DNA of 64,000 nt from Phyllobates terribilis. Taxonomy: Eukaryota. A program made the position numbers and the translations under genes. Below are positions 1 through 12,400 of this stretch, piece by piece (positions within the stretch are counted from its first letter, which is position 1; each line of letters begins with the position of its first letter). The stretch lies in NCBI RefSeq assembly GCF_046119375.1, contig NW_027362768.1, positions 186,496,001 through 186,560,000 of the forward strand, written 5' to 3'. The notes under the pieces are model-generated. The model had not been told where the DNA came from and made no database searches. It saw only the letters and a program-made list of their open reading frames with translations.

Positions 1-111
1 ATGTGGTAATTCATACTTTTGATGCCTTCAGTGTGAATGTACAATTTTTATAGTCATGAAGATACAGAAAAATCTTTAAATGAGGTGTGTCTAAACTTTT
101 GGTCTGTACTG
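1..111. mobile_element. Terminus of a Tc1/mariner element (same family as 27468-29097)
   Basis: Ends ...AAACTTTTGGTCTGTACTG followed by TA; same TIR as at 29097 and 42591. Confidence 0.85.
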
Positions 112-296
112 TATATACATGTCTTTTGACAATAGCAATGTAACCTATGATTAAGAAGCCCTGTTTGGTCGAAACGCTTTTTTAATGGAACTAATAAAAT
201 GGACGTTTTAACTTTACATCTCTTGTGATGGATACGGAGAAGGTCCTGGAGATTTTCTTATCTACTTCTTACTACTTCTGAATGTCACAACATCCT

Positions 297-358
297 ATTA
301 TTTTGTATTTATTTTACTCACTTATATAGCGCCATTAATTCCACAGCGCTTTACAGAC
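297..358 (-). mobile_element. L2-type LINE/SINE 3' tail fragment
   Basis: Reverse complement reads TGTCTGTAAAGCGCTGTGGAATTAATGGCGCTATATAAGTGAGTAAAATAAAT; second copy at 4120-4225. Confidence 0.6.
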
Positions 359-638
359 AGGATTGGTATTTTATTGGGAACCTGACAGGTGATGCATGGT
401 GTGATGACTGTGGGCAGCGTGTATCATCCACTGGCTGTAGTAGCACAGAGGCAGGGGCTTGCAGTCACTGTCAGCGGGCGGGGAGAAGCCGCCAGGGACC
501 TGCCTGTACGACTAGTCACCCGTGCGGCTCGCTTGCTCCCCGGTGGCTATTAAGAGCATGTAAATACATGGCTGATATACTACAGCCAGTGGAGGATACA
601 TGCTGCCCACGGTTTTCGCACCTGTCAGGTTTCCTTTA

Positions 639-991
639 GGCTATGTGCCCACGATGCAGAAATACTCCGAATTTTTTCCTGAGTGTTTCTGCATCTCCCT
701 GGCAGAAAAAACGCATGCGGATTGTACATGTGGATTGTACATGCGGACTGTGCATGCGGACTGTGCATGCGGATTGTGCATGCGGATTGTGCATGCGGAT
801 CATACATGTGTTTTTCCTGCCAGGGACATGCGGAAGTGAAGCGTTCTTCACTTGCATTTCCACATGCGGGTTGACAAGCGCTTTCCAAGCGATTTTAACA
901 TCACTTGGAAAGTGCTTGACAACTTGGTCACACTATATAAATCCATGCAACCGGCATGGATTTATATAGTGCGACCGAAAGAATGACAAAA

Positions 992-1023
<32 letters not shown>

Positions 1024-1585
1024 CTTACCTTCCGATGGCTCCCGCAGTCTTTATTCGATCCGTCCTGGCTGCCGGCAGCTCGCGGTGCACTGAAGGACCT
1101 GTCGTCACATGACTAAATGACGTCAGCGCAGGTCCTTCAGTGCACCGCGATCTGCCGGCGAGTGAAGACAAGCGCAGCGGGGGCCATCAGAAGGTAAATA
1201 TAATATTTATTTTTTATTTTATTATTTTTTTCACAGGTTCTATGGTGCCCAGGTCTGGATGAGAGTCTCCTGTCCACACCCGGGTACCATCCGCACATTG
1301 AAACGCATGGATTCTGCATGTACAGATGCAGTGATGCGGATTCCATGCGTTCCAATGCAAGTCAATGGCGGCGAAAACGCAGCGCTTCCGCAAAATAATT
1401 GGTAGTGCTGCGAAATTTTCCGCAATGATAATCCGCAGCGGAAATTTCCGCAGCATGTGCACAGCACATGTGGATTATCATTAGGGAACATGGCAGAACT
1501 TCTACCAAGTGTTTTTTAAGCGTTTCTTTCTGAAGCATTTTTGCCGCTGCAGAAACGCTTAAAAACTCATCGTGGGCACACAGCC
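639..1585. mobile_element. PIF/Harbinger-type MITE A
   Basis: TIRs GGCTATGTGCCCACGATG / CATCGTGGGCACACAGCC, TTA on both flanks (636-638, 1586-1588), no ORF. Confidence 0.75.
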
Positions 1586-1614
1586 TTAATGTTTTTGCTC
1601 CATTTGGAAAATAC

Positions 1615-1648
<34 letters not shown>

Positions 1649-1717
1649 TTACCAAAAAAATTAGGAAAAAAACAAATAAAAGCTGGAACCAATGCAGCTA
1701 CTTCTAAAAACCGCTTA

Positions 1718-2386
1718 GGGTATGTGCCCACGTAGCGTTTTACAAGTGTATATGCTGCGGAATTTCTGCTGCGTAAACGCTTGGTAATCCGCCCCCCATG
1801 GTCCCCAATGACAAGCTGCAATGTCTCCTCCGGACCCGGGTACCATAGAAACTGTAAAAAAAAGAATTTAAAATAAAAAATAAAGTTTATACTCACCTTC
1901 CGATGTCCTCCCAGTGTTTTGTCTGCTCCGTCCGGTCTATTGCAATGCTCCTGCTGTTGTGAAGGACCTGCCATGACGTCACTGAGTCATGTGACCCATC
2001 ACATGGCTCAATGATGTCACCGCAGGTCCTTCACACCACCGCGAGCCGCCCAACACACCGGACGCGGCAGAGAGAACACCGGAAGGGGAGTATAAACTTT
2101 ATTTTTTACCATTTTATTCTTTTTTTTTTAACTAACTTGGACACACTCTATATGCCGGTTGCCGGTTGCATGGATTTATATAGTGTGACCAAGTTGTCAA
2201 GCACTTTCCAAGTGATGCTAAAATCGCTTGGAAAAGCGCTTGATAACCCGCACACAGAAATGCATGCAAAGACGCTTCACAAACCCTTCTACCTGGCGGG
2301 AAAAACGCATGTAAAAAACGCATGTTTTTCCTGCCAGGGAGAAGCGGAAAAAATATGCAGCATTTCTGCATCGTGGGCACATAGCC
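1718..2386. mobile_element. PIF/Harbinger-type MITE B, related to A and inverted relative to it
   Basis: TIRs GGGTATGTGCCCACG / TCGTGGGCACATAGCC with TTA flanks; 2140-2386 is the reverse complement of the 639-985 arm of A. Confidence 0.75.
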
Positions 2387-2599
2387 TTACAGGGAACCTT
2401 TACACGGAAAAAAAAAAAGCTGCCACGTATGAAATGTAAAAAACTACAAATAATGTCATTTCTGTGGCATTTTCCACTTTTGTGATTCTTTGGGAATCCA
2501 TGGCTTTGTTTTATTTTCGGTAGTATGATTGTGTATACTACGCCTTTTAAAAATAAAATAAATTATGATGTCTTTATAGAACTTGAAAAGCAACATAAA

Positions 2600-2880
2600 A
2601 AAATAAAGGTTTTCTGGTTTCAGCAAGGTTAGTAAAAAACAAACAAAAAAACAAACTCACCCTCCCCAGGTCCAGCACTGATTCTCTGCCGCTGCTCCTG
2701 GTGTCTGTTATTGGCTGCAGCGCTGGCCCAAAGTCCACAGTGCTGCAGCCAATTACTGAGCTCAGTGATTGGCTGCAGCACTGTCAATGTGATGTCAGCG
2801 CTGCAGACAATAACTGATAGTGGGCGCAGCGGACCTGGGGATGGTGAGTACATATCAATTTTCTTTTTTTTCCCCTAGAA
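2600..2880. mobile_element. Palindromic MITE-like remnant
   Basis: ACTCACC(2655)...GGTGAGT(2843) arms enclosing ATTGGCTGCAGC inverted repeats; related sequence at 22690-22880. Confidence 0.45.
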
Positions 2881-2899
2881 CACACTGCAGCCGGGGAGA

Positions 2900-3460
2900 G
2901 GGATTATTAAAAACTCCTCTCTGACATGCGCAGTAGACGTGCGGTGATTGTCTGCAGCGGGCTCAGCAGTGCAGCCTCTACACCGGCCTCTACAGCAGCT
3001 CCAGGCTGGCGTGTATGAATCCTGAGGCCGCGGAGCCGCCCCGACCTCAGCGGGTAACACCGCCCGCTCCCCGCTCCGCTAATCCTGGTCCCTTGATTGA
3101 TGACAAGTATAGACGACTGAAAACCACGCCCCTTTGTCCTGATTGGCGCAAAGTTGTCATGTGGCACATGGTATATTTCTGGATTCGGTCCCGGGGTTAC
3201 GACGTCATTAAACTTTTTTTTTGGTGGTTGGTGGAGCTCGGAGGCTGCTGTCATGTCTGCTCTCAAGGTGACCAGGGTAAGCGGGGAGCGGTGGTCTTTG
3301 TGCCCCCCCCCCCCCCCCCCCCGGGGTCTGTGAGGCCTCAGTGTGGAGTGATTGGACATTGCGACCGTTAGTGGGGTCGCCCCTTTACAAGCTGGTAGTA
3401 TAGGACTATAAGTCCCAGCATGCCTAGCTTCTGCTGCATGTGCGCATGCGCCTTCATGTT
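2900..3460 (+). promoter_or_regulatory. ACADM CpG-rich promoter and first-intron motifs
   Basis: GC box CCACGCCC (3124), inverted CCAAT CTGATTGG (~3139), CRE-like GACGTCA (~3201), ACTATAAGTCCCAGCATGC (3405, ZNF143/THAP11-type), NRF1-type TGCGCATGCGC (3441-3451). Motif match only. Confidence 0.55.
3253..3276 (+). CDS. ACADM: ACADM exon 1 (MSALKVTR)
   Basis: ATG at 3253, AGG|GTAAGC donor, phase 0 matches exon 2. Lies in a CpG-rich promoter-like region; the human exon 1 is also short and ends on Arg. Confidence 0.8.
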
Positions 3461-6400
3461 GTCCCTCACAGTGATCAGTGGGTTACACAGAGGCTGATAT
3501 GATGTGGCACTACAAGTAGCAGCATGCATAAAAATACCGCAGGGGGCGGGAGCAGCAGCCGTTTGTCCTGCAGCTGAGCATAAAGCTGCAGCGGAGCAGA
3601 GTGACCAGCTCTCCCATCTGCTGCTGCTCGGTGTCTCCAGATCTCAGCTGTCACTGAATGGACACTTGTTTTCTTCCAAGAAGCTGAGACTGCAGGAGGC
3701 ATTACCCCCCCCCCCCCCCTCCAGGGGTCATCCTTCCCCCTCTGCCCTCATCCTCCCCTCTGCCCTCACCCCCCCACCCCCGCGTTCATCACTTCAGGGC
3801 TCATTCCCCCACCTCTGTGCTCACCCCCCCCCCCTTCCGCGTTCATCACTTCTGGGGTCACCCCCCCCCCCCCCCCAGGGTCATCCTCCCCTCTGCCGTC
3901 ATCTCCCCCCACCCCCGCGTTCATCACTTCAGGGCTCATTGCCCCACCTCTGTGCTCACCCCCCCATTCCGCGTTCATCACTTCCGGGGTCATCCTTCTT
4001 CCCCCCCACCCTCCACGTTCATCACTTCCGGGGCCACCCCCCCACGCTCATCCTTCATGATTCCAAATGTGCTGAAAAAATCTCTATTGTGTTTTGGATT
4101 TTGTTATTACAGCGTTCATTTTATTTATTTATTTTACTCACTTATATAGCACCATTAATTCCACTGCGCTTTACAGACATTATCGGCGCTGTCCCCATCG
4201 GGGCTCACATTCTACATTCCCTTTGCGTCCTGCAGCCAGAAACTCATCAGCCTGTAGGTTGTCACTTTGGGATGTTTTTTCACGTGTGTTGGATTTTTCC
4301 TTTTAGTTTTATGAATATAAATCAGTTTCTTTTATAAAACTGCGATAATAGTTTCTGCTGTCTGCCCCTTGTGATGGTGCAGAGGTCGGTGAGGTGTATG
4401 CCTGTGACCTTCCGCCCCGTGCACCTGTCGTGCAGAGACCAACGTCACATCACGTTTCTAGAGCAAAGGTTAAATAACATCTCAGCCAAGTCCTCAGCAC
4501 CCGGCCCTGATCAGAGATCACGTTACCACTGCTGTGCACTTCACTACTGACATTGTAGCGCTGGTGCACGGCCGCCTGCCCGCTGTACCTGCGCCCTTCT
4601 TCCCCTCTCAGCTCTGCACTTGCGCCCTGCGTCCTCCTCAGCTGCATCTGCACCTTCCAGTGCTGCACCTGCACCCCTTTCTTCCCCTGGTGCTGCACCT
4701 ACACCTCCCTCCTTGGCTGGCGCTGCACCTACACCCTTGCCTCCACCCCCGCCCCCCGTCCGGCACTGCACCTGCGCCCCTCACCCGCCCTCAATCCACC
4801 TCACCCACTGTGCTGCACCTGTGCCCTTCCCCCTGTTTGGTGCTGCCCTTGCCCCCCAACCCATCTCCCCCTGGCGCTGCACCTGCACACGTGTCTGGAA
4901 AGCAGGGTGCCAAGTGATTTTATGGCAGCCACGATGATCATAATCCAGCTTTTCATATAACTTGATATCCGTGTGTACCGAGGAGGGGGTCGGGGTACGT
5001 AGCCTCTGCTCGGATGATCCCAGCTGAAGGGAGACCACTGCATTGACCAGTGGGCGCCTCATCAGCTGCTCCTGCACCGATATTAATATTAACATGTCGG
5101 AGGTTTTTCGTAGTGTGAAGATCCCTTTAAATTCAGGTCCTTGGAGTTATGTAAAGTGCACCTGACACTTGCATGAAGACGTTGTAGGCTTAATCCACAT
5201 TCATGTGCCGATGCCCTGACAAGTCTTCAGACGAGCCCCCACACCCGCGCTGGGATTTGCAGGTCACATCCGCACATTCCCAGGCTGCAAACTGCCGTGG
5301 ATGTGATTAAGTTCATATTGTCTTATAACAGATGAGTGAAGGGTGCAGGATCCACATCCTGGGCCCCCACTACATGCCAGGGACGTCACATGTCACCTGG
5401 AATCCTGTATAAGCTTGTATTGCACAGCTGCTAGGAAAATCTTAACTGTAGCTGTCCAAGGTTTTCAGTGATGGGGCCACTTCCAATAATCCGGCGTCTC
5501 TGAAACAATCAGATCTTGTGACCCATTGTGCAGAATATCTGTCCCCATCACCAGCTGCACAGACGCGGTATCGGTGCACCAGTAAATGCACTGGTGTCCC
5601 TTTTAGCTTCGCAGTGCGCAGCATCCTTGGTGTCTGTGATGTCTGATAAGAGGAATACCCCTTTATCCAGCAATTTCAAAGACTCAGCCTTAGAGCGCAG
5701 AGACGCGTAGTGGCAATGTTCACACATGTTTTTTTTTTTATGAATGTGTGTACTGGGCGTTACAAAGCAGAAAAATAACATGTATAAAAGAAAATGTACA
5801 TTCCATATAGATTTATAGAAACACAGCAGAATCCTTCTTTTCATTTAAACCCAAAGGACCAAGTGGATTTCACCCCGTCCATTGCAGAGGGTTTAATTTA
5901 TGGTGAAAATGCAGAACATTTCCCGTGCTGCAGATTTGCATCCGGCTGCGCGGCTCGTTTTGCTCTGCAGACTATTTTTCGGCGGTGTGCAGATGAGATT
6001 TGGTAAACTGTTATCCGCTTTGCAGCTACAGCTGTAGGTTTTCTACCTGCAGATCTGGACAGAAGCTCCTCGCTTTCTCCTCCCTGTGACCATAACTGGA
6101 GAACCGCGGGTGAAATCTGCACCAATGCTGTCTGTGTGGACGGTGCCCAAGGCTGCTGTTCTAGTCTAGATACAATTGTAGCCAAACCTCAGCTGATAGT
6201 AAAAGTTTCTATTCTCTGACAGCAAACGGAGATCTTGATAGTGACAAAACTTTAAAAGATAAAAACATGAGAAAGTATCAGAACTTCTCATTGGTTATTT
6301 TATTTCAGGTGCTGCAGCGCGTTGCTCAGACCGGCTGGAGGGCCCAGTCCACGGCTCCTAAGGCCGCCGCCGCCTCGTCCACCTCCTCTCCGGGCTTCAA

Positions 6401-9400
6401 CTTCGGTAAGTGTCAGATGGCCTCTCGTGTAACATGACAGATATTGGTTCAGAACTGGCTGGATAAGATGAGGATGCACTGCATGTAATCAATGCTGTAC
6501 AGTTATTACAATTCTTTGGCAGCGACGAGGCCGCAGGTTATACACCGGTGATGGGGAGTCAACGACGGGGCCGCAGGTTATACACCGGTGATGGGGAGTC
6601 AACGACGGGGCCGCAGGTTATACACTACACCGGTGATGGGGAGTCAACGACGGCGCCGCAGGCTGTACACTACACCGGTGATGGGGAGTCAATGACGGCG
6701 CCGCAGGTTATACACCGGTGATGGGGAGTCAACGACGGGGCCGCAGGTTATACACTACACCGGTGATGGGGAGTTAACGACGGGGCCGCAGGTTATACAC
6801 TACACCGGTGATGGGGGAGTCAACGACGGGGCCGCAGGTTATACACTACACCGGTGATGGGGAGTCAACGACGGCGCCGCAGGCTGTACACTACACCGGT
6901 GATGGGGAGTCAATGACGGGGCCGCAGGTTATACACTACACCGGTGATGGGGAGTCAACGACGGGGCCGCAGGTTATACACTACACCGGTGATGGGGAGT
7001 CAACGACGGGGCCGCAGGTTATACACTACACCGGTGATGGGGAGTCAACGACGGGGCCGCAGGTTATACACTACACCGGTGATGGGGAGTCAACGACGGC
7101 GCCGCAGGCTGTACACTACACTGGTGATGGGGAGTCAACGACGGGGCCGCAGGTTATACACCGGTGATGGGGAGTCAACGACGGGGCCGCAGGTTATACA
7201 CTACACCGGTGATGGGGGAGTCAATGACGGGGCCGCAGGCTATACACTACACCGGTGATGGGGAGTCAACGACGGCGCCGCAGGCTATACACTACACCCG
7301 TGATGGGGAGCCAACGACGGGGCCGCAGGCTATACACTACACCCGTAATGGGGAGTCAACGATGGGGCCGCAGGCTATACACTACACCCGTGATGGGGAG
7401 TCAACGACGGGGCCGCAGGCTATACACCAGGTGTTTGTGGGGGGCGATGCAATGATGGGGCCGGAGGTTATACACCAGGTGTTTGTGGGGGGGGGGGGGG
7501 ATGCAACGACGGGGCCGGAGGTTATACAAGCAGGGAGAAGATTGGACGGGAGGTTATACACCGGGGAGGGGGTTACGGGGCCGGGAGGTTATACACCGGG
7601 GAGGGGGTTACGGGGCCGGGAGGTTATACACCGGGGAGGCGGTTACGGGGCCGGGAGGTTATACACCGGGGAGGGGGTTACGGGGCCGGGAGGTTATACA
7701 CCGGGGAGGGGGTTACGGGGCCGGGAGGTTATACACCGGGGAGGCGGTTACGGGGCCGGGAGGTTATACACCGGGGAGGGGGTTACGGGGCCGGGAGGTT
7801 ATACACCGGGGAGGGAGCCACGGGGCTGGACGAGAACCCAAAGTTCACTGATTTACCAGACGGGGCCCGTGACTTTTCTCCATACGGTGTAGCTTTCTGC
7901 CGGGGTGCAGGGGACTCTTTTTATCTTTTTTTATGTATTCGTGGAGGTCCTGCACTACTGGGGTTCTGGATAATTGGACTTTTTCTGCACTTGATATTAC
8001 AGAGGCTCCCTTTATGATACATAACGCGTGTCTACTACTGCTATAGTATGACTATGTTCACACTGTGCGTTACCTGGGAAGCGTCTTACGTCTTGTATAT
8101 TCTCCATCTGTACAGAGCTCAGCGAGCAGCAGAGAGAGTTTCAGGCCACAGCTCGCAAATTTGCCAGAGAAGAGGTCATCCCTGTAGCCAGCCATTATGA
8201 CAAGACCGGGGAGGTGAGCGGAGCAGCGACCATCGCCTTCTGTAAGTGCATTGTAGTGAAAGAGTTAATGACGAATCTCTTCTCTCCTTAGTACCCGGTA
8301 CCTCTCATTAAGCGAGCCTGGGAGCTGGGACTGATGAACGCGCACATCCCAGAAAGCTGCGGTAAGGTCACACCTCTCGTCCGGGCACCGCAATGTAATG
8401 GGCTATAAGGAGGTAATTGGGGATGGGGCTGATCACAAGCCGCTCTGCCCTCCTGACCTGTTCTTAGTGATTTGTGCATTTCTCATACAGTTTATGGAGC
8501 ACCTTTTCTTAGAACTAGGTTGTGTCATTTCTCTGTTATTCCTCCTGGAAATAAATGGTCATTTGGGTGATACCATTTCCTACCTCCACACTGTGACGGG
8601 GTCTTCTCTGCGCTGCTGGTACCAGGGGGCCCCGGGCTTGTGTGTGTGTGATACTGTCGAGGATTCAGCCTCCTCTGTACTGCTGTTCATGTATCTGGCG
8701 CTACCAGCACTCATTTGTCATCCACAGGAGGCCTGAACCTCAGCATCTTTGACACCTGTCTGATAACAGAGGAGATCGCGTATGGCTGCAGCGGTATCCA
8801 GACCGCCATAGAGGCCAATTCACTGGGGGTGAGTATAGAGAGACGTACGGGACCTCCGAAGCCAAGGAGGCCAAGGGTGCAGACAGGAAGGAAGCATTGC
8901 CCTCCCCACCATAGTATGTGGGGAATAGTGAGTGCAGCTCTGGAGTATAATACAGGATGTAACTCAGGATCAGTAATGTAATGTATGTACACAGTGACTG
9001 CACCAGCAGAATAGTGAACGTAGCTCTGGAGTATAATACAGGATGTAACTCAGGATCAGTAATGTAATGTATGTACACAGTGACTGCACCAGCAGAATAG
9101 TGAGTGCAGGTCTGGAGTATAATACAGGATGTAACTCAGGATCAGTAATGTAATGTATGTACACAGTGACTGCACCAGCAGAATAGTGAGTGCAGCTCTG
9201 GAGTATAATACAGGATGTAACTCAGGATCAGTAATGTAATGTATGTACACAGTGACTGCACCAGCAGAATAGTGAGTGCAGCTCTGGAGTGTAATACAGG
9301 ATGTAACTCAGGATCAGTAATGTAATGTATGTACACAGTGACTGCACCAGCAGAATAGTGAACGTAGCTCTGGAGTATAATACAGGATGTAACTCAGGAT

Positions 9401-12400
9401 CAGTAATGTAATGTATGTACACAGTGACTGCACCAGCAGAATAGTGAGTGCAGCTCTGGAGTATAATACAGGATGTAACTCAGGATCAGTAATGTAATGT
9501 ATGCACACAGTGACTGCACCAGCAGAATAGTGAGCGCAGGTCTGGAGTATAATACAGGATGTAACTCAGGATCAGTAATGTAATGTATATACACAGTGAC
9601 TGCACCAGCAGAATAGTGAGTGCAGCTCTGGAGTATAATACTGGATGTAACTCAGGATCAGTAATGTAATGTATATACACAGTGACGGCACCAGCAGAAT
9701 AGTGAGCGCAGGTCTGGAGTATAATACAGGATGTAACTCAGGATCAGTAATGTAATGTATGTACAATACTAAATTCTACAAATGTAGTTTGTTGCAATTT
9801 TTTTTTTTGTTTTACAGCAAATGCCAGTGATCATTGCAGGGAATGAGGCCCAGCAAAAGAAGTACCTGGGAAGAATGACTGAGGAGCCGCTGATGTGTGT
9901 AAGTGATGTCTTTTATCTTGTGTATTGGTTCTGCTGAATATTCGATGACTTCAATGTCTGTGTGTGAGAATTTACAGCATCGGTCACAAATTTGGGCCCC
10001 GATCATGTAATGGATGGTTTTCTCTGTTCTTATTGGAATGTGCATATTGTAGATTCAGACTGAAGGCATCAAAACTAGGAAGGGAGAAACATGTATAGAG
10101 ACGAGGCATAAAGAAACACGTGTGAAACAGAGCAGAATACATTACACCTCAGAATCCTCCCACTACCCGCTCCCCCCACTATGATGACAGCATTGCACCC
10201 TCGTGGCATTCTCTTCGCAGCTTCATCAGATCGGCAGTACGGCTTCCAATCATCAGGCTGCCTTCTCAAGAGGTTATTTGTGAAATCACCGATCTTCAAA
10301 AAGTGTTTGCTTGTGCCAGGGATTTTGCAGAGTTGATGAACAGCTCCATACAGGGCTGAGCCTATATTATGGCAAGAACCATTCAAGTAAAGAGAAAGCA
10401 CAGTCCATCATTACTGTAAGACATGAAGATCATTCAAGCCAGAAAATTGCTAGAGCCTTGAAGGTATCCTCAAGTGCAGTCATGAAAATATCAATTGGTA
10501 TGATGAAACTGGCTCTCACAAGGCCCACACCAGGAAAGGCAGGCCAAGAATGACCTCTGCTGCAGAGGATAAGTTCATCAGAGTTACCGGCTTCAGAAAC
10601 GGCATCAGCACCTGAGAGAACGACCATAATAAATGATGTACAGACGCATCTCAACATCAGCTGTGCAGAGCAGCAGTCTTTATGGTGGAATTGCTGTAAA
10701 AAAAAACCCGCTACTGAAGACCCCAGACAAGAAGACGAGACCTGTATAGACCGAACAACAAAAAGGCAGGAGTCTGAGGAATCTACAGAGTAACATGTTC
10801 TGTTTTGTGTCACGCATGTTTCTTTGCTCCTTGTTTCCATATGTTTTCCTTCTTTTGTGGTTTTGCTGCCTTCAGTCTGAATCTACAAAGTGCACAATCC
10901 AATAAGGACAAGAAAAACCATTGCATGAACAGGGGTGTCCAAACTTTTGACCGGTGCGCTACTTGTTCAGTGAAATTCCTTTAATCCAGCACCATATTTA
11001 TTCTAACTATATTTTACCTGTTTTACTGTTTTATGCCGTGTCCTGTAGGCGTACTGTGTAACTGAACCCGGCGCCGGCTCTGACGTGGCCGGTCTGAGGA
11101 CCCGAGCGGAGAAGAAGGGCAACGAGTACATCATTAATGGCCAGAAGATGTGGATCACTAACGGAGGCAAAGCTGACTGGTCAGAGGCGAGAGTTTTCTG
11201 TATTAATTGTTGTTCTTCTCAAGTGGGAACAGACGCCCCTTTATTTTGGTGGAGAGCGGGGAAAGGGAGGGTCACTTGACAGCTGGAAAGGTGGATGGGT
11301 AAAGCAGGCAGTGCCGGATGTGACATCTTGGTTGGTGCCGTAGGCTTCTATGCACAACGCAGCAGTCAGGAGGAGTTTGACACCTCTCTGCATAGGCAGC
11401 AACCAAGATGACGAAGCTCCATTATACTGAGTGTTCTGAAATCTCGGTCAGTGCCTATTCAGAGCACAGCAGCCAGTGACAGTCATCTACACTGCTGCGC
11501 TCTGCATAGGCAGTAACCCACACTGCTCCCCGTCTTTCCTCTCACTTGTAATTTGGGACCTGCTGGGGGAGCTTTCCCAACTTTAAAAAACAAACTCATA
11601 ATAAAGTTTCACATTTTTACATACTTTTTATAACTATTGGGATGGGGGGGCCAGTGAGTGATTGGGATGGGGGGGGGCCAGTGAGTGATTGGGATGGGGG
11701 GGGGGGCAGTGAGTGATTGGGATGGGGGGGGGGCAGTGAGTGATTGGGATGGGGGGGGGCAGTGAGTGATTGGGATGGGGGGGGCAGTGAGTGATTGGGA
11801 TGGGGGGGGCAGTGAGTGATTGGGATGGGGGGCCAGTGAGTGATTGGGATGGGGGGCCAGTGAGTGATTGGGATGGGGGGGCCAGTGAGTGATTGGGATG
11901 GGGGGGGGGCAGTGAGTGATTGGGATGGGGGGGGGCAGTGAGTGATTGGGATGGGGGGGGCCAGTGAGTGATTGGGATGGGGGGGGCAGTGAGTGATTGG
12001 GATGGGGGGGGGGCAGTGAGTGATTGGGATGGGGGGGGGCAGTGAGCGATTGGGATGGGGGGCCAGTGAGTGATTGGGATGGGGGGGGGCAGTGAGTGAT
12101 TGGGATGGGGGGGGCAGTGAGTGATTGGGATGGGGGGGGGCAGTGAGTGATTGGGATGGGGGGGCAGTGAGTGATTGGGATGGGGGGGGGGCCGTGAGTG
12201 ATTGGGATGGGGGGGGGCAGTGAGTGATTGGGATGGGGGGGGGGCAGTGAGTGATTGGGATGGGGGGGGGGCAGTGAGTGATTGGGATGGGGGGGGGGGC
12301 AGTGAGTGATTGGGATGGGGGGCCAGTGAGTGATTGGGATGGGGGGGGGCAGTGAGTGATTGGGATGGGGGGGGGGGCAGTGAGTGATTGGGATGGGGGG

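Noticed and set aside
3015-3371. 118-aa ORF over the ACADM promoter, and the 277-aa ORF at 3504-4337
   Set aside because: GC-rich promoter and C-rich repeat sequence with no recognisable homology.
8923-9764. CRISPR-like appearance of the regular repeat arrays (also 21619-22685 and 47912-48785)
   Set aside because: Head-to-tail units with no unique spacers, no cas genes, and a eukaryotic context.
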